DNA of 56,119 nt, from assembly GCA_033763315.1 (NCBI GenBank), contig JANRKS010000003.1, positions 1 to 56,119 of the forward strand, read 5' to 3'. The stretch is from Deltaproteobacteria bacterium (GTDB lineage Bacteria > Myxococcota_A > Polyangia > Fen-1088). Made by a program: the position numbers and the translations under genes. Under the pieces are notes generated by a model. The model worked only from the letters and a program-made list of their open reading frames with translations, was not told where the DNA came from and made no database searches. Below are positions 23,099 through 31,981 of the stretch, one piece after another; the stretch's first letter is position 1; each line of letters starts with the position of its first letter.

Positions 23099-26000
23099 TC
23101 AATTGCAAACGCAGCTTGATCGACAGCGATAGCCATTGAGGCGCGCGTCGAATTCACACTGGTTGCCGGCCCCGCTCGACACGGAACAGGTGCCCTGGCA
23201 CCCACCCCCCGAACAGGCAGCCACCGCGGCGTCACGGGCGGTGCTCCACGAAGAGGCGGAAGTGCCACACCCTGCGCATGTGCCTTCCCATACGTACGTC
23301 GGCAAGAAGCAACTCGATCGGCACCAGTAGCCATTGATGGCTCCATCAAAACCACAGTTGTCGCCCGCCCCGGTGGAGACCGTGCACGACCCTGGGCATC
23401 CCGAAGAGGAGCAGGCCGAGACCGCGTTGCTCCGTGCTGTGCTCCATGAGCTGGCGCTGGTGCCACAACCGTTGCAGGTGCCGAAGAACGAGTTCGGCGT
23501 CTTGGCGTAGGGTGTGGCCAGGCACGCCAGAACCGTTTGGCATTGAGCGCCGCCAAAGCCCGGAGGGCACGCGCAGGTGAACGCATTGACGCCGTCGGTG
23601 CACGTGCCACCGTTTTGGCACGGGTTGGGTGCGCACTCGTCTATGTTTGTCGCGCACGTGAGGCCGGCGAAGCCAGCTTCGCATGAGCAAGTGAAGCTGT
23701 TCACTCCATCAGTGCAGATACCGCCGTTTTGGCACGGATTCGGCTCACACTCGTTGTTGTTCGTGGCGCAGTTCGCACCGCTGTAACCGGGCGCGCAGCT
23801 GCAAGAGAAGCTGTTGATGCCATCGGTGCACGTGCCACCGTTTTGGCATGGGCTGGATGCGCACTCGTCTATGTTGGTCGCGCATGTGACGCCCGCGAAG
23901 CCAGGTCCGCATGAGCAAGTGAAGCTATTGACTCCATCAGAGCAGGCGCCGCCGTTTTGGCACGGATTCGGCTCGCAATCGTTGTTGTTCGTGGCACACG
24001 TGGTGCCGCTATATCCGGACGCGCAGCTACAAGAGAAGCTGTTGATGCCATCGGCGCAGGTCCCGCCGTTTTGGCACGGGTTGGGTGCGCACTCGTTGAT
24101 GTTGCTGGCACACGTGACGCCATCGAAGCCGGGGGCGCATGAGCAGGTGAAACTATTGGCACCATCGATGCACGTGCCGCCGTTTTGGCATGGATTCGGC
24201 TCACATTCGTTGTTGTTCGTGGAACATGTTATGCCGCTATATCCAGGCGCGCAGCTGCAAGAGAAGCTGTTGACACCATCGGTGCAGGTCCCCCCGTTTT
24301 GGCACGGGTTGGGTGCGCATTCATTTATGTTGGTCGCGCACCTATCCCCCGTATACCCTGGCGGGCATACGCACGAATAAGCGGTGATGCCATCGACGCA
24401 GGTGCCGCCATTGACGCAAGCGTTGGCCACGCAGTCATCAATGCGCGTCTCGCACGCCAAGCCGGTATAGTCCGCTTGGCACTCGCATTTGGCCACACCA
24501 CTGGCGTCGTTGCATGTTCCGTTGCCTGAGCAGGCGTTGAGACCATTGGACGCACACGAGGCGGAGCAAGTTCCGTTGGCATCGTTGTCTTGAAAGCCGA
24601 TCGCGCAAGCGGCACACGCCACACCTTCGTACCCGGTGCTGCACTTGCAAACGGGGGTGCTCAAGGTGTCATCGCAGGTGCCATGCGCATTGCAGTTGAG
24701 CACCGTATTGGCGCACGTGGCGGGCGGCTTTGGACGTTTGTCCTCCAACGCCAACATTTCCTCGGCCACACCATCGCCGTTGGCGTCCACCTGTGCGGGC
24801 AGCGTCGCGCCGCCATTGCTCCATTGTTGAATCAACAGGGTTGTGCTTCCCATTTCAGGTAGCCTCACCGTGCCCACAAAGGCTGTAGCCCCTGTCGCAT
24901 TCGAGCGTGCGACTTCCACTCCCACAACAATGTCTCCCATGGACTGCGTGGTCAGCTTCGCGTTGCCGGTGTCAGCGTCGAACGTAATCACCGTGTTGGT
25001 GCCCATAGCTTTGACTTCGGGGACCTTGATTTTCACCAACACCTGCTCGCCGGTGCTGGTTTCTTGGGCCGACAGGAACGTACCCGCCGCGCCGGGGCTG
25101 GGGCTATACGTCACGGTTTTGCCATCCGCGCTGATCGTGATGAGTTCTGTCTCGCCCATGACGACACTGGCATTCTCAATGCCCACCATGCCTCCAGGGG
25201 TAAAGGAGAAGACCGACGACGTGCCCTGCCCGCCCCGCGTGCCCGTGAGCTGCAGCGACACATCGTTAACGGAAGGCACCACCATGGTCAGCGGACCACG
25301 ATCTTCCCAGAGCTCTTCGCTGAATCCAGGCGTCACCACCGTGTTGGGAATGTCGGAGATCACTTGCCCGCGCACTTCGCCAGACTTGCGCCCAGAGCTA
25401 TCTTGCACAGTCAATTCCGCGCTGCCGAACCCGAAGATTTGGTTGAGAGCCATCTCGTCCTGCATCGTGTTCCCGGTGCAGAAGGGGCAAGGATGTGTTC
25501 CTAAGCGCGCGCTGACAGCACTTAGGAACATTTTGTTCTTGTTCGTGGCATCGCCGAAATACAAGCTGCTCGAAGCGTTGGGATCGGTTGACGCTTGGTA
25601 CTCCCATCGGTTCGCTGCCGTATCCACTTTGATTGTGCGTTCAGCGTCGGGGTGGTTGTTGTCGTAAACCTTGATCACGTACTGATTGGCCACACCGGTG
25701 GGCGCGACGCCTGTTGCCAAGATGGCGTGGCCCCCCGTGCGTGAGCCAAATTCATCCAAGCGCACGATGCCAATGCGGTAAAGGTCATGTTGCGGCTTCG
25801 CATACTCCGCCGCCAAGAACTTCACCGCGTCTGTTGCCAGCAGCGCCTTCGTGGACGCCTTGACCACGTCCTTGAGGTACTGCGTTGAATACCAGTAAGC
25901 GATCTCTTCACCCAAGGCTGCGTTGTCTTGCAGCGAAAGCATGCGCGCGGTCATGGCCCCGTACTCTGACGGGTTCGCTTTGCCCAGGTACATCAGGCCC

Positions 26001-26359
26001 GTCAAGATGGCAAAGCCTTCGCAGCGGCCCCCCGCCATCGAGCGATTCACGCTTTGAGCGTATTGTTCGGCGATCGGGGTTGGCTTACAAGCCACTGCGT
26101 CCCCGGCCGCGCACACCTTGTCCATGCCGAACATGCGAGAAAGCGCCAACGGTTTGATCTTCGCCAGGTCACTTTCGCCGCCGAAGTTTGGAAACCCGAA
26201 AGCGTTGGTGGCCATAACAAAGCCGCTGGCCACTTCGGCCGAGGGCAAAGGCTGGTCAGGCACCGAATCGACGGGCGGGCCTGCCATCTTCTTGCCTCCC
26301 CCACCGCACGCCTGCAGCAGGAGTACCAAAGTCACCAGCCCCGTTTTTGTCGTACGCAT
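23099..26359 (-). CDS. Lipoprotein with a putative Cys-His-Asp papain-like domain and tandem calcium-binding EGF-like repeats
   Basis: Lipobox LQAC; GGRCEG, GGHAI and YDNNHP motifs; 8 canonical 38-aa EGF repeats plus 2 divergent ones; duplicated C-terminal Cys-rich module. Confidence 0.85.
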   Translation of the reverse strand: MRTTKTGLVTLVLLLQACGGGGKKMAGPPVDSVPDQPLPSAEVASGFVMATNAFGFPNFGGESDLAKIKPLALSRMFGMDKVCAAGDAVACKPTPIAEQYAQSVNRSMAGGRCEGFAILTGLMYLGKANPSEYGAMTARMLSLQDNAALGEEIAYWYSTQYLKDVVKASTKALLATDAVKFLAAEYAKPQHDLYRIGIVRLDEFGSRTGGHAILATGVAPTGVANQYVIKVYDNNHPDAERTIKVDTAANRWEYQASTDPNASSSLYFGDATNKNKMFLSAVSARLGTHPCPFCTGNTMQDEMALNQIFGFGSAELTVQDSSGRKSGEVRGQVISDIPNTVVTPGFSEELWEDRGPLTMVVPSVNDVSLQLTGTRGGQGTSSVFSFTPGGMVGIENASVVMGETELITISADGKTVTYSPSPGAAGTFLSAQETSTGEQVLVKIKVPEVKAMGTNTVITFDADTGNAKLTTQSMGDIVVGVEVARSNATGATAFVGTVRLPEMGSTTLLIQQWSNGGATLPAQVDANGDGVAEEMLALEDKRPKPPATCANTVLNCNAHGTCDDTLSTPVCKCSTGYEGVACAACAIGFQDNDANGTCSASCASNGLNACSGNGTCNDASGVAKCECQADYTGLACETRIDDCVANACVNGGTCVDGITAYSCVCPPGYTGDRCATNINECAPNPCQNGGTCTDGVNSFSCSCAPGYSGITCSTNNNECEPNPCQNGGTCIDGANSFTCSCAPGFDGVTCASNINECAPNPCQNGGTCADGINSFSCSCASGYSGTTCATNNNDCEPNPCQNGGACSDGVNSFTCSCGPGFAGVTCATNIDECASSPCQNGGTCTDGINSFSCSCAPGYSGANCATNNNECEPNPCQNGGICTDGVNSFTCSCEAGFAGLTCATNIDECAPNPCQNGGTCTDGVNAFTCACPPGFGGAQCQTVLACLATPYAKTPNSFFGTCNGCGTSASSWSTARSNAVSACSSSGCPGSCTVSTGAGDNCGFDGAINGYWCRSSCFLPTYVWEGTCAGCGTSASSWSTARDAAVAACSGGGCQGTCSVSSGAGNQCEFDARLNGYRCRSSCVCN
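23538..24449 (-). repeat. Coding tandem repeat, 114-bp unit (EGF array)
   Basis: Recurrent CCGTTTTGGCA(C/T)GG spaced 114 bp apart, encoding PCQNGG. Confidence 0.9.
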
Positions 26360-26434
26360 CGCCAGGGGCTTCTCGACGCCTTGCGCCCGGTTCTTTAGGT
26401 TCGCGGTTTCACCAGGCCCGGCAGAAGACCCAGC

Positions 26435-26471
26435 AAAAAGCCCGGCGCCGTCGATGACGGGACCGGGCTTT
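26435..26471 (-). terminator. Intrinsic terminator after the sigma factor gene
   Basis: On the minus strand AAAGCCCGG-loop-CCGGGCTTTTT. Confidence 0.75.
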
Positions 26472-26490
26472 CGGCGTTTACACCTGAGTG

Positions 26491-28035
26491 TCAGCCGCGC
26501 GGTTGCGTGCCGCGGGCCGCGGCGTTGTTGTTCGTGTTGCCCGTGGCCAAGTATTGGTTCAAGGCGCCACGCAGTTTGTTGAGCGCGCGGTCTTGCACCT
26601 GCCGGATGCGCTCACGCGAGAGGCGGTGTTCGTCACCGATCTCTTGCAGCGTGCGCTCGCGGCCATCGTGCAAGCCAAAGCGCTTGCGCAAGATGTCCAC
26701 TTCCACGGGCTTGAGCTGTGCCATCAAGCTGATCATGGCGCGCTCGGTTTCCGTTTGGGCCAAGCGATCCACAGGCTCGGGTCCGGGTTCTGGATCGGCC
26801 AAGGTGTCCATGCGCGAGCGATCGTCGTCTTCGTCCGAGAACGGCTCGTCCAAAGACAGCGGGCTTGAGCTTGGCAACGCGTTGATGCGCTCCACCTCTT
26901 CCACATCCAATCCGGTTTCTTTCGCGATCTCAGCGGGCGTGGGCTTGCGGCCCAACTGCGCGGTCAACGCACGACGGGTTTTCTCCACCTTTTGTTGCGC
27001 GTCCAAGACGTGCACAGGCAAGCGGACCAATCGAGCCTTGTCAGCCAAGGCGCGACCGATGGCGTGGCGAATCCACCACGACGCGTACGTCGAGAAGCGG
27101 AAGCCCTTGCGGTAATCGAAGCGGTCCACAGCCTTCATCAAGCCGATGTTGCCTTCTTGAACCAGGTCCTCGAAGGTCAAAAGCTCGCGGCTGTAACGTG
27201 CTGCCACAGCCACCACCAAGCGCAGGTTGGCGCTCACGAAGTCGTTCTTCGCCAACCGCAAGCGTGCACGGGCGATGCGAAGCCCCGCCATGTAAGCGTC
27301 AAAGCCCGAAACCATCGCCGTGCGCGAAGGGGGCAGATCGGTCATGAAGTCGACGATGTTTTCCACCGCGGTGCCTTCAGGATCGGCCGCGCCTGCGGCA
27401 TCCGCGAACGATTGCAACAGCTTCTCCAAAGCCGCCGAGCGCACGGGTGCCTCGCCCTTGCCCGACGTGGCCTTCTTGCCAGCCGCGGCCTTTGTGGGCT
27501 TGGCCGTTTTGCCAGTGGCCGAGGCCTTGGGCTTCACAGCCGCAGCCACGTCTTTGAAGACGAGCTCCTTATAAGCGTCCCAATCTGGGAACTTCGTTTC
27601 CAGCAAACGTTCCACAGCCTCTACGATCAGGGCGCCCGCAGGACCATGGCCCAAAATGGCGTACCACAGCTGCAGCTTTAGCGATTCGATCTGGCGGGCC
27701 ATCGCGAACTCTTGTTCGGGAGCCATCACGTCCAGCCCGTTCACGTCGCGCAGATAGCGGCGGAACAAGCTTTGATCGCGATCGCCATCGCTGCTTGAGC
27801 CTGAGGTTTTTGCTTTGGCCTTGGCACGGGCGGCGTTTTTCACCACCTTTGCCACCACTGCAAATTCCTCGGACTCCGGCTCGAACTCAGCCAAAGACTC
27901 TTCCCCGTCCACCTCGGCGTCCAAAGCCACCTCGGGTACTTCGTCCTCGTCGGGCGCCGCTTCCACGGGAGCCACGGGGGCCGCTTGTACCGGAGCCTTC
28001 GTCGTCGTCTTCTTCTTTAACCGGACCAATCTCAT
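26491..28035 (-). CDS. Sigma70 family RNA polymerase sigma factor (RpoD/RpoS-like, probably non-primary)
   Basis: Region 1.2 RRYLRDV; region 2 NLRLVV..DLVQEGNIGLMKAVDRFDYRKGFRFSTYASWWIRHAI; region 4 RTLQEIG..LSRERIRQ. Confidence 0.93.
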   Translation of the reverse strand: MRLVRLKKKTTTKAPVQAAPVAPVEAAPDEDEVPEVALDAEVDGEESLAEFEPESEEFAVVAKVVKNAARAKAKAKTSGSSSDGDRDQSLFRRYLRDVNGLDVMAPEQEFAMARQIESLKLQLWYAILGHGPAGALIVEAVERLLETKFPDWDAYKELVFKDVAAAVKPKASATGKTAKPTKAAAGKKATSGKGEAPVRSAALEKLLQSFADAAGAADPEGTAVENIVDFMTDLPPSRTAMVSGFDAYMAGLRIARARLRLAKNDFVSANLRLVVAVAARYSRELLTFEDLVQEGNIGLMKAVDRFDYRKGFRFSTYASWWIRHAIGRALADKARLVRLPVHVLDAQQKVEKTRRALTAQLGRKPTPAEIAKETGLDVEEVERINALPSSSPLSLDEPFSDEDDDRSRMDTLADPEPGPEPVDRLAQTETERAMISLMAQLKPVEVDILRKRFGLHDGRERTLQEIGDEHRLSRERIRQVQDRALNKLRGALNQYLATGNTNNNAAARGTQPRG

Positions 28036-28088
28036 TTTTTTGCCTGAATTATGGTTACGTCTGCGTCTACTTAGGGCGTCACGGTGGT

Positions 28089-28643
28089 CTAGTTTTCCCC
28101 TAGGGGACCTTTGGACAACGCGACCGGATTAACCGATGTGGTCTCGTCTTGCAACCTGGTTCGTATTCCAGCTTGCAAGTTTCCACGCAGCCAAACGTTC
28201 GCTTGGCCTTGCAAATGATCTGCCAAATGGCCTTCACCGTTTATCAGATGACTGAGCTGCGTCCGATGGAGCACATTTTGTATGGCGGCGTCTAAAGCCG
28301 TCCACAGCGTGCGGATTGAACAGTCAACCTTATGAACGCACACGCCATTGTCGCCGGCGTGTTCGCCACAAAAGGCGTCCGAGTACAGCCGGCCGCCCAA
28401 GGCGCCCAACACCATGCCCACGTTAATGTCTTGCGGAGGTAATCCCAATTCGAAACCGCCCTTTTGGCCGCGCACACTACGCACGAAGCCGGCACGCCGC
28501 AAAATCCTCATCAACTTCGCCACGTAGGCAGTTGAAAGCGCTTCACGCCTGGCCACCTCAGGAATGGTCAGAAACCGCTCCGGAGCTGAGGCGATCTGCA
28601 GCAGACACCGCAGACCATACTCTTCTTGTGAAGTCAGCTTCAT
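28089..28643 (-). CDS. Rrf2 family transcriptional regulator (three Cys, IscR-like)
   Basis: MKLTSQEEYGLRCL, VRSVRGQKGGF, C...C.....C cluster. Confidence 0.9.
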   Translation of the reverse strand: MKLTSQEEYGLRCLLQIASAPERFLTIPEVARREALSTAYVAKLMRILRRAGFVRSVRGQKGGFELGLPPQDINVGMVLGALGGRLYSDAFCGEHAGDNGVCVHKVDCSIRTLWTALDAAIQNVLHRTQLSHLINGEGHLADHLQGQANVWLRGNLQAGIRTRLQDETTSVNPVALSKGPLGEN

Positions 28644-28856
28644 GACAAATGTGGACGGCAAAGTACTGTATCCTCGCCGCCCCAGAGTCAAGGTGAATCG
28701 ACCCTACATGCTACCACCAGGGCTTTTCTGTGCTAAGGGCGGCCCAATCCCCCGGAAAACGCGCAGGTTTTGCGGTTGCCGCCTTTCAATTTTTTTTGAA
28801 TATTTGTCCTGCCCTTCGCCAACCACCGGCATCAAAATCACTGCTAGGTAAAGCCC

Positions 28857-29921
28857 ATGCCAGAACCATCGCCTGCCCCCACCGCCACCCTCAGTGGGGC
28901 TTCGACGCCTGCGCAGGCCCAACCTTCAGACACCGTGGCCGCGTTCGCGCAGGCGCGCAGCATGGTTGATTTGGCGGTGGCCCTGGTGGCCGACGAGATG
29001 CGCGACGTTGAGCAGCGGCTGAAGGTGGCGATGGAGAGCCCCGTGGGTCCGATTCCTCAGGTGGGATCGCACTTGCTGGCAGCAGGGGGCAAACGCTTGC
29101 GCCCGCTGATGGCCGTTTTGGCGGCACGGGCCACGGAAGCACCGATTCAAGCAGCGATCGCGGTTGGCTGTGCGGCCGAACTCATTCACAGCGCCACTTT
29201 ATTCCACGACGACGTCGTGGATGACGGACGCGTGCGCCGCGGCCGCCCCGCCGCCCGCATGGTGTACGGCAATGGCATCGTTGTGCTGGTGGGCGATTTT
29301 TGTTTGGCGCGCGCCCTGGCCATCGTGGCCGAGACCGGCAAGCTTCCTGTCATTCAGTCATTGGCGGCCACGGTCACCGAAATGGCGGAAGGCGAAGTGG
29401 CGCAATTGGAACGCGCAGGCAACGCTGACGCCACGGTTGAGGCCTATTACGATGTCATCGATCGCAAAACCGGCGCGCTCATTGCTTGGTGTTCGCGCGT
29501 GGGCAACATGCTGCCGACCGAACAACACGAAGCGCTTGATGTGTACGGGCGAGCCGTGGGTCGCGCGTTTCAGATCGCCGACGACATTTTAGACTGCGCC
29601 GTGGACGAGCTCACCGCAGGGAAGTCGGTGGGCCACGACCTTGTGGAAGGCAAGATGACGCTGCCTGTGTTGCTGGCATGCGATCGTGATCCGACTGTGT
29701 TACAGGTGATTCGCGCGCATATGACCGAGCACGGCGTACCCGCTGAAGCCACGAACAAAATCCTGCGGCTGGTGCAGCAAGCGGGCGGCGTTGAGGCCGC
29801 GCGTGAGCGCGCGAATGCCTTGGTGAAGGAAGCCCTGGCGGCGCTGGGCGTCTTGCCCGCCAGCCCTTACCGCGACGCTTTGGGTGCGTTGGCGCGTTTG
29901 TCTGTTGAAAGGGTGGTCTGA
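28857..29921 (+). CDS. Polyprenyl diphosphate synthase (IspB/HepT-like)
   Basis: GGKRLRP, HDDVVD..RRG, FQIADDILD. Confidence 0.93.
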   Translation: MPEPSPAPTATLSGASTPAQAQPSDTVAAFAQARSMVDLAVALVADEMRDVEQRLKVAMESPVGPIPQVGSHLLAAGGKRLRPLMAVLAARATEAPIQAAIAVGCAAELIHSATLFHDDVVDDGRVRRGRPAARMVYGNGIVVLVGDFCLARALAIVAETGKLPVIQSLAATVTEMAEGEVAQLERAGNADATVEAYYDVIDRKTGALIAWCSRVGNMLPTEQHEALDVYGRAVGRAFQIADDILDCAVDELTAGKSVGHDLVEGKMTLPVLLACDRDPTVLQVIRAHMTEHGVPAEATNKILRLVQQAGGVEAARERANALVKEALAALGVLPASPYRDALGALARLSVERVV

Positions 29922-29923
29922 GC

Positions 29924-30643
29924 GTGGTCGCCCCCAAGGCTGCGGCTCCGTTGGCTGCCACCACAAACGTGCGTGGCATGTTTGATCGCATCGCCTTTCG
30001 CTATGACGCCGCCAACCGCGTGATGTCCGCAGGCGTGGATAAACTGTGGCGCCGAGCCGCCATGGCGCCTTTGCTGAAGGGCACCGGCGCGAACCCGTGC
30101 ATTTTGGATCTGGGCGCTGGCACGCTGGACGGATCGCTGGCCATAGCAAGGCGTGCGCCGGGGGCCCGCGTGGCGTCGGCCGATTTCGCTCGCCAGATGT
30201 TGCGCGTGGGTCAGCAAAAGTTAGGCACGCAAGCGGCGCGCATCGGCGCGCATGTGGCTGATGGGCATTGTTTGCCGTACGCCACTGCCGCTTTTGATGG
30301 GGCCTTCAGCGCGTTTTGCGTGCGCAACCTCGTTCACCGGGACGTTGCGTTCGCAGAGTTGCGCCGCGTGGTGAAGCCCGGCGCGGCCGTGGTGATTTTG
30401 GAGTTCTTCCGACCTGAGAAACCGCGCTGGTTCTTCGACCAGCTCTATAACAAATACGTTCTGCCCTGGGTGGGCTTCGCCATCACAGGTGATAAAGACG
30501 CCTATCAGTATCTCCCTGAATCAATCGCTGCGTTTGCCACGCGCGCTCAGTTGCAGGAGGAATTGCGGGCCGCCGGCTTTGCATCTGTGAGCGGCAAAGA
30601 ACTTTTTCCCGGCGGCGTGGCTTCCCTCGTGGTGGCGCGATGA
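29924..30643 (+). CDS. menG: Demethylmenaquinone methyltransferase UbiE/MenG
   Basis: MFDRIAFRYDAANRVMS.G.D..WR, LDLGAGT, YQYLPESI. Confidence 0.9.
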   Translation: MVAPKAAAPLAATTNVRGMFDRIAFRYDAANRVMSAGVDKLWRRAAMAPLLKGTGANPCILDLGAGTLDGSLAIARRAPGARVASADFARQMLRVGQQKLGTQAARIGAHVADGHCLPYATAAFDGAFSAFCVRNLVHRDVAFAELRRVVKPGAAVVILEFFRPEKPRWFFDQLYNKYVLPWVGFAITGDKDAYQYLPESIAAFATRAQLQEELRAAGFASVSGKELFPGGVASLVVAR

Positions 30644-31248
30644 CCGGCGTGCGAACCCGCAAGATCGTGGTCGCCGTGGGCGGCGCTTCGGGATCCATCT
30701 ACGCGCAACGGCTGTTGGCTTCGTTGGAAGCGATCGCCAAGCAAGGGCAACCACTGGAGGTGGGCCTGTGCTTCTCGCGTTCGGGCGAAGAGGTGTGGAA
30801 ACACGAGTTGGGTGCGTTGCCCGAAACGCCGTTTCGCCGTTATGCGCTCAACGATTTCCGTGCGCCGTTTGCGTCGGGCTCCGCAGGCTGGGACGCGATG
30901 GTGGTGATCCCCTGCTCTTCAGGTGGCTTGGCGCGCATTGCCCATGGCATTTCAGACGATCTGATCGGCCGCGCGGCCGATGTGATGCTCAAAGAGCGAC
31001 GGCCCTTGGTGTTGGTGTTTAGAGAAACGCCCCTGTCCACGGTGCATCTGGAAAACATGATGGCCGCGACGCGCGCCGGGGCGCTGATCTTGCCCGCGTC
31101 GCCCTCCTTTTACAGCAGGCCCGCGGGTGTGGAGGCGTTGGTTGACACAGTGAACGCCCGGGTGCTTGACCACTTGGGCATCGACAACAAGTTGATGCCG
31201 CGTTGGGGAGATCCCGAAGCCCCCCTGCAAGGAAACAAACATGATTGA
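30640..31248 (+). CDS. ubiX: Flavin prenyltransferase UbiX family
   Basis: GGASGSIY, ASGS, RAADVMLKERRPLVLVFRETP, PSFY. Confidence 0.93.
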   Translation: MTGVRTRKIVVAVGGASGSIYAQRLLASLEAIAKQGQPLEVGLCFSRSGEEVWKHELGALPETPFRRYALNDFRAPFASGSAGWDAMVVIPCSSGGLARIAHGISDDLIGRAADVMLKERRPLVLVFRETPLSTVHLENMMAATRAGALILPASPSFYSRPAGVEALVDTVNARVLDHLGIDNKLMPRWGDPEAPLQGNKHD

Positions 31249-31981
31249 AGCGATCGAAACCGCAGCGGACGCTGTTGTACGGCCGGCGGCCGAAGGAGGA
31301 GCCGCGGATCTGTTTAAGCTCGGCCGCGCGGCCAGCGTTGTGTATTGCAATTTGCACGGCAAAGCGTGCTTGTTTTCGCGCTCGCGCCGTTTGTTGAACA
31401 CGGGCGCTTGGCACGGCCCCAAAGATGCGGCGGAATCATTCGTTGAAGAGGCCGATGTGGCAGCCAACGGTGGGTTGGCGGCGTGCGCGGCGGCCGGGGT
31501 GCGCACACTGATTGCCAGCAGCCTCACCGCAGCGGCCGAGGCCCAAGCGTTGCAGATGCGCTGTTTGCTGCGGTTGCCCTATCAATCAGGAGAACTGCCG
31601 CAGGATCGCGCTGAACGACTTCGACAAACGCAACAGGCGCTGTCACAAGGGTTGACCTTGGATGGTGTGGTGCCCTCCCCCATCGGCGAAGCGTTTGGCC
31701 TCGATACCCTTTTGTTCTTTGCACAATGCCGAATGCAGTTGAATGTGCCGCACGTGGTGGCCGATTTCGCGCGGCTTGGCCATCGTCTGGCCCAGATGGC
31801 GTTGGCCTTTGGCGCAAGCGAACTGCACGGGCCGATCGTTTCCGAGCGCGCTTTGCGGCTAGGCGACAACGCAAACAACCCTTCGATGACCCGCAAAGAA
31901 GTGGTGGTGTTCATCAAAGGCGCCGCGCTTGTGGCGCACGAGCGGCTGCATGGCGGACGCATTGAAGAGGTGACGTTATGA
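31241..31981 (+). CDS. Degenerate CofH/MqnC/MqnE-like protein lacking the radical-SAM CxxxCxxC motif
   Basis: C-terminus QMALAFGASELHGPIVSE...VAHER aligns by eye with MqnE QTALWFGANDLDGTVQEE...PVER; overlaps both neighbouring genes. Confidence 0.65.
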   Translation: MIEAIETAADAVVRPAAEGGAADLFKLGRAASVVYCNLHGKACLFSRSRRLLNTGAWHGPKDAAESFVEEADVAANGGLAACAAAGVRTLIASSLTAAAEAQALQMRCLLRLPYQSGELPQDRAERLRQTQQALSQGLTLDGVVPSPIGEAFGLDTLLFFAQCRMQLNVPHVVADFARLGHRLAQMALAFGASELHGPIVSERALRLGDNANNPSMTRKEVVVFIKGAALVAHERLHGGRIEEVTL

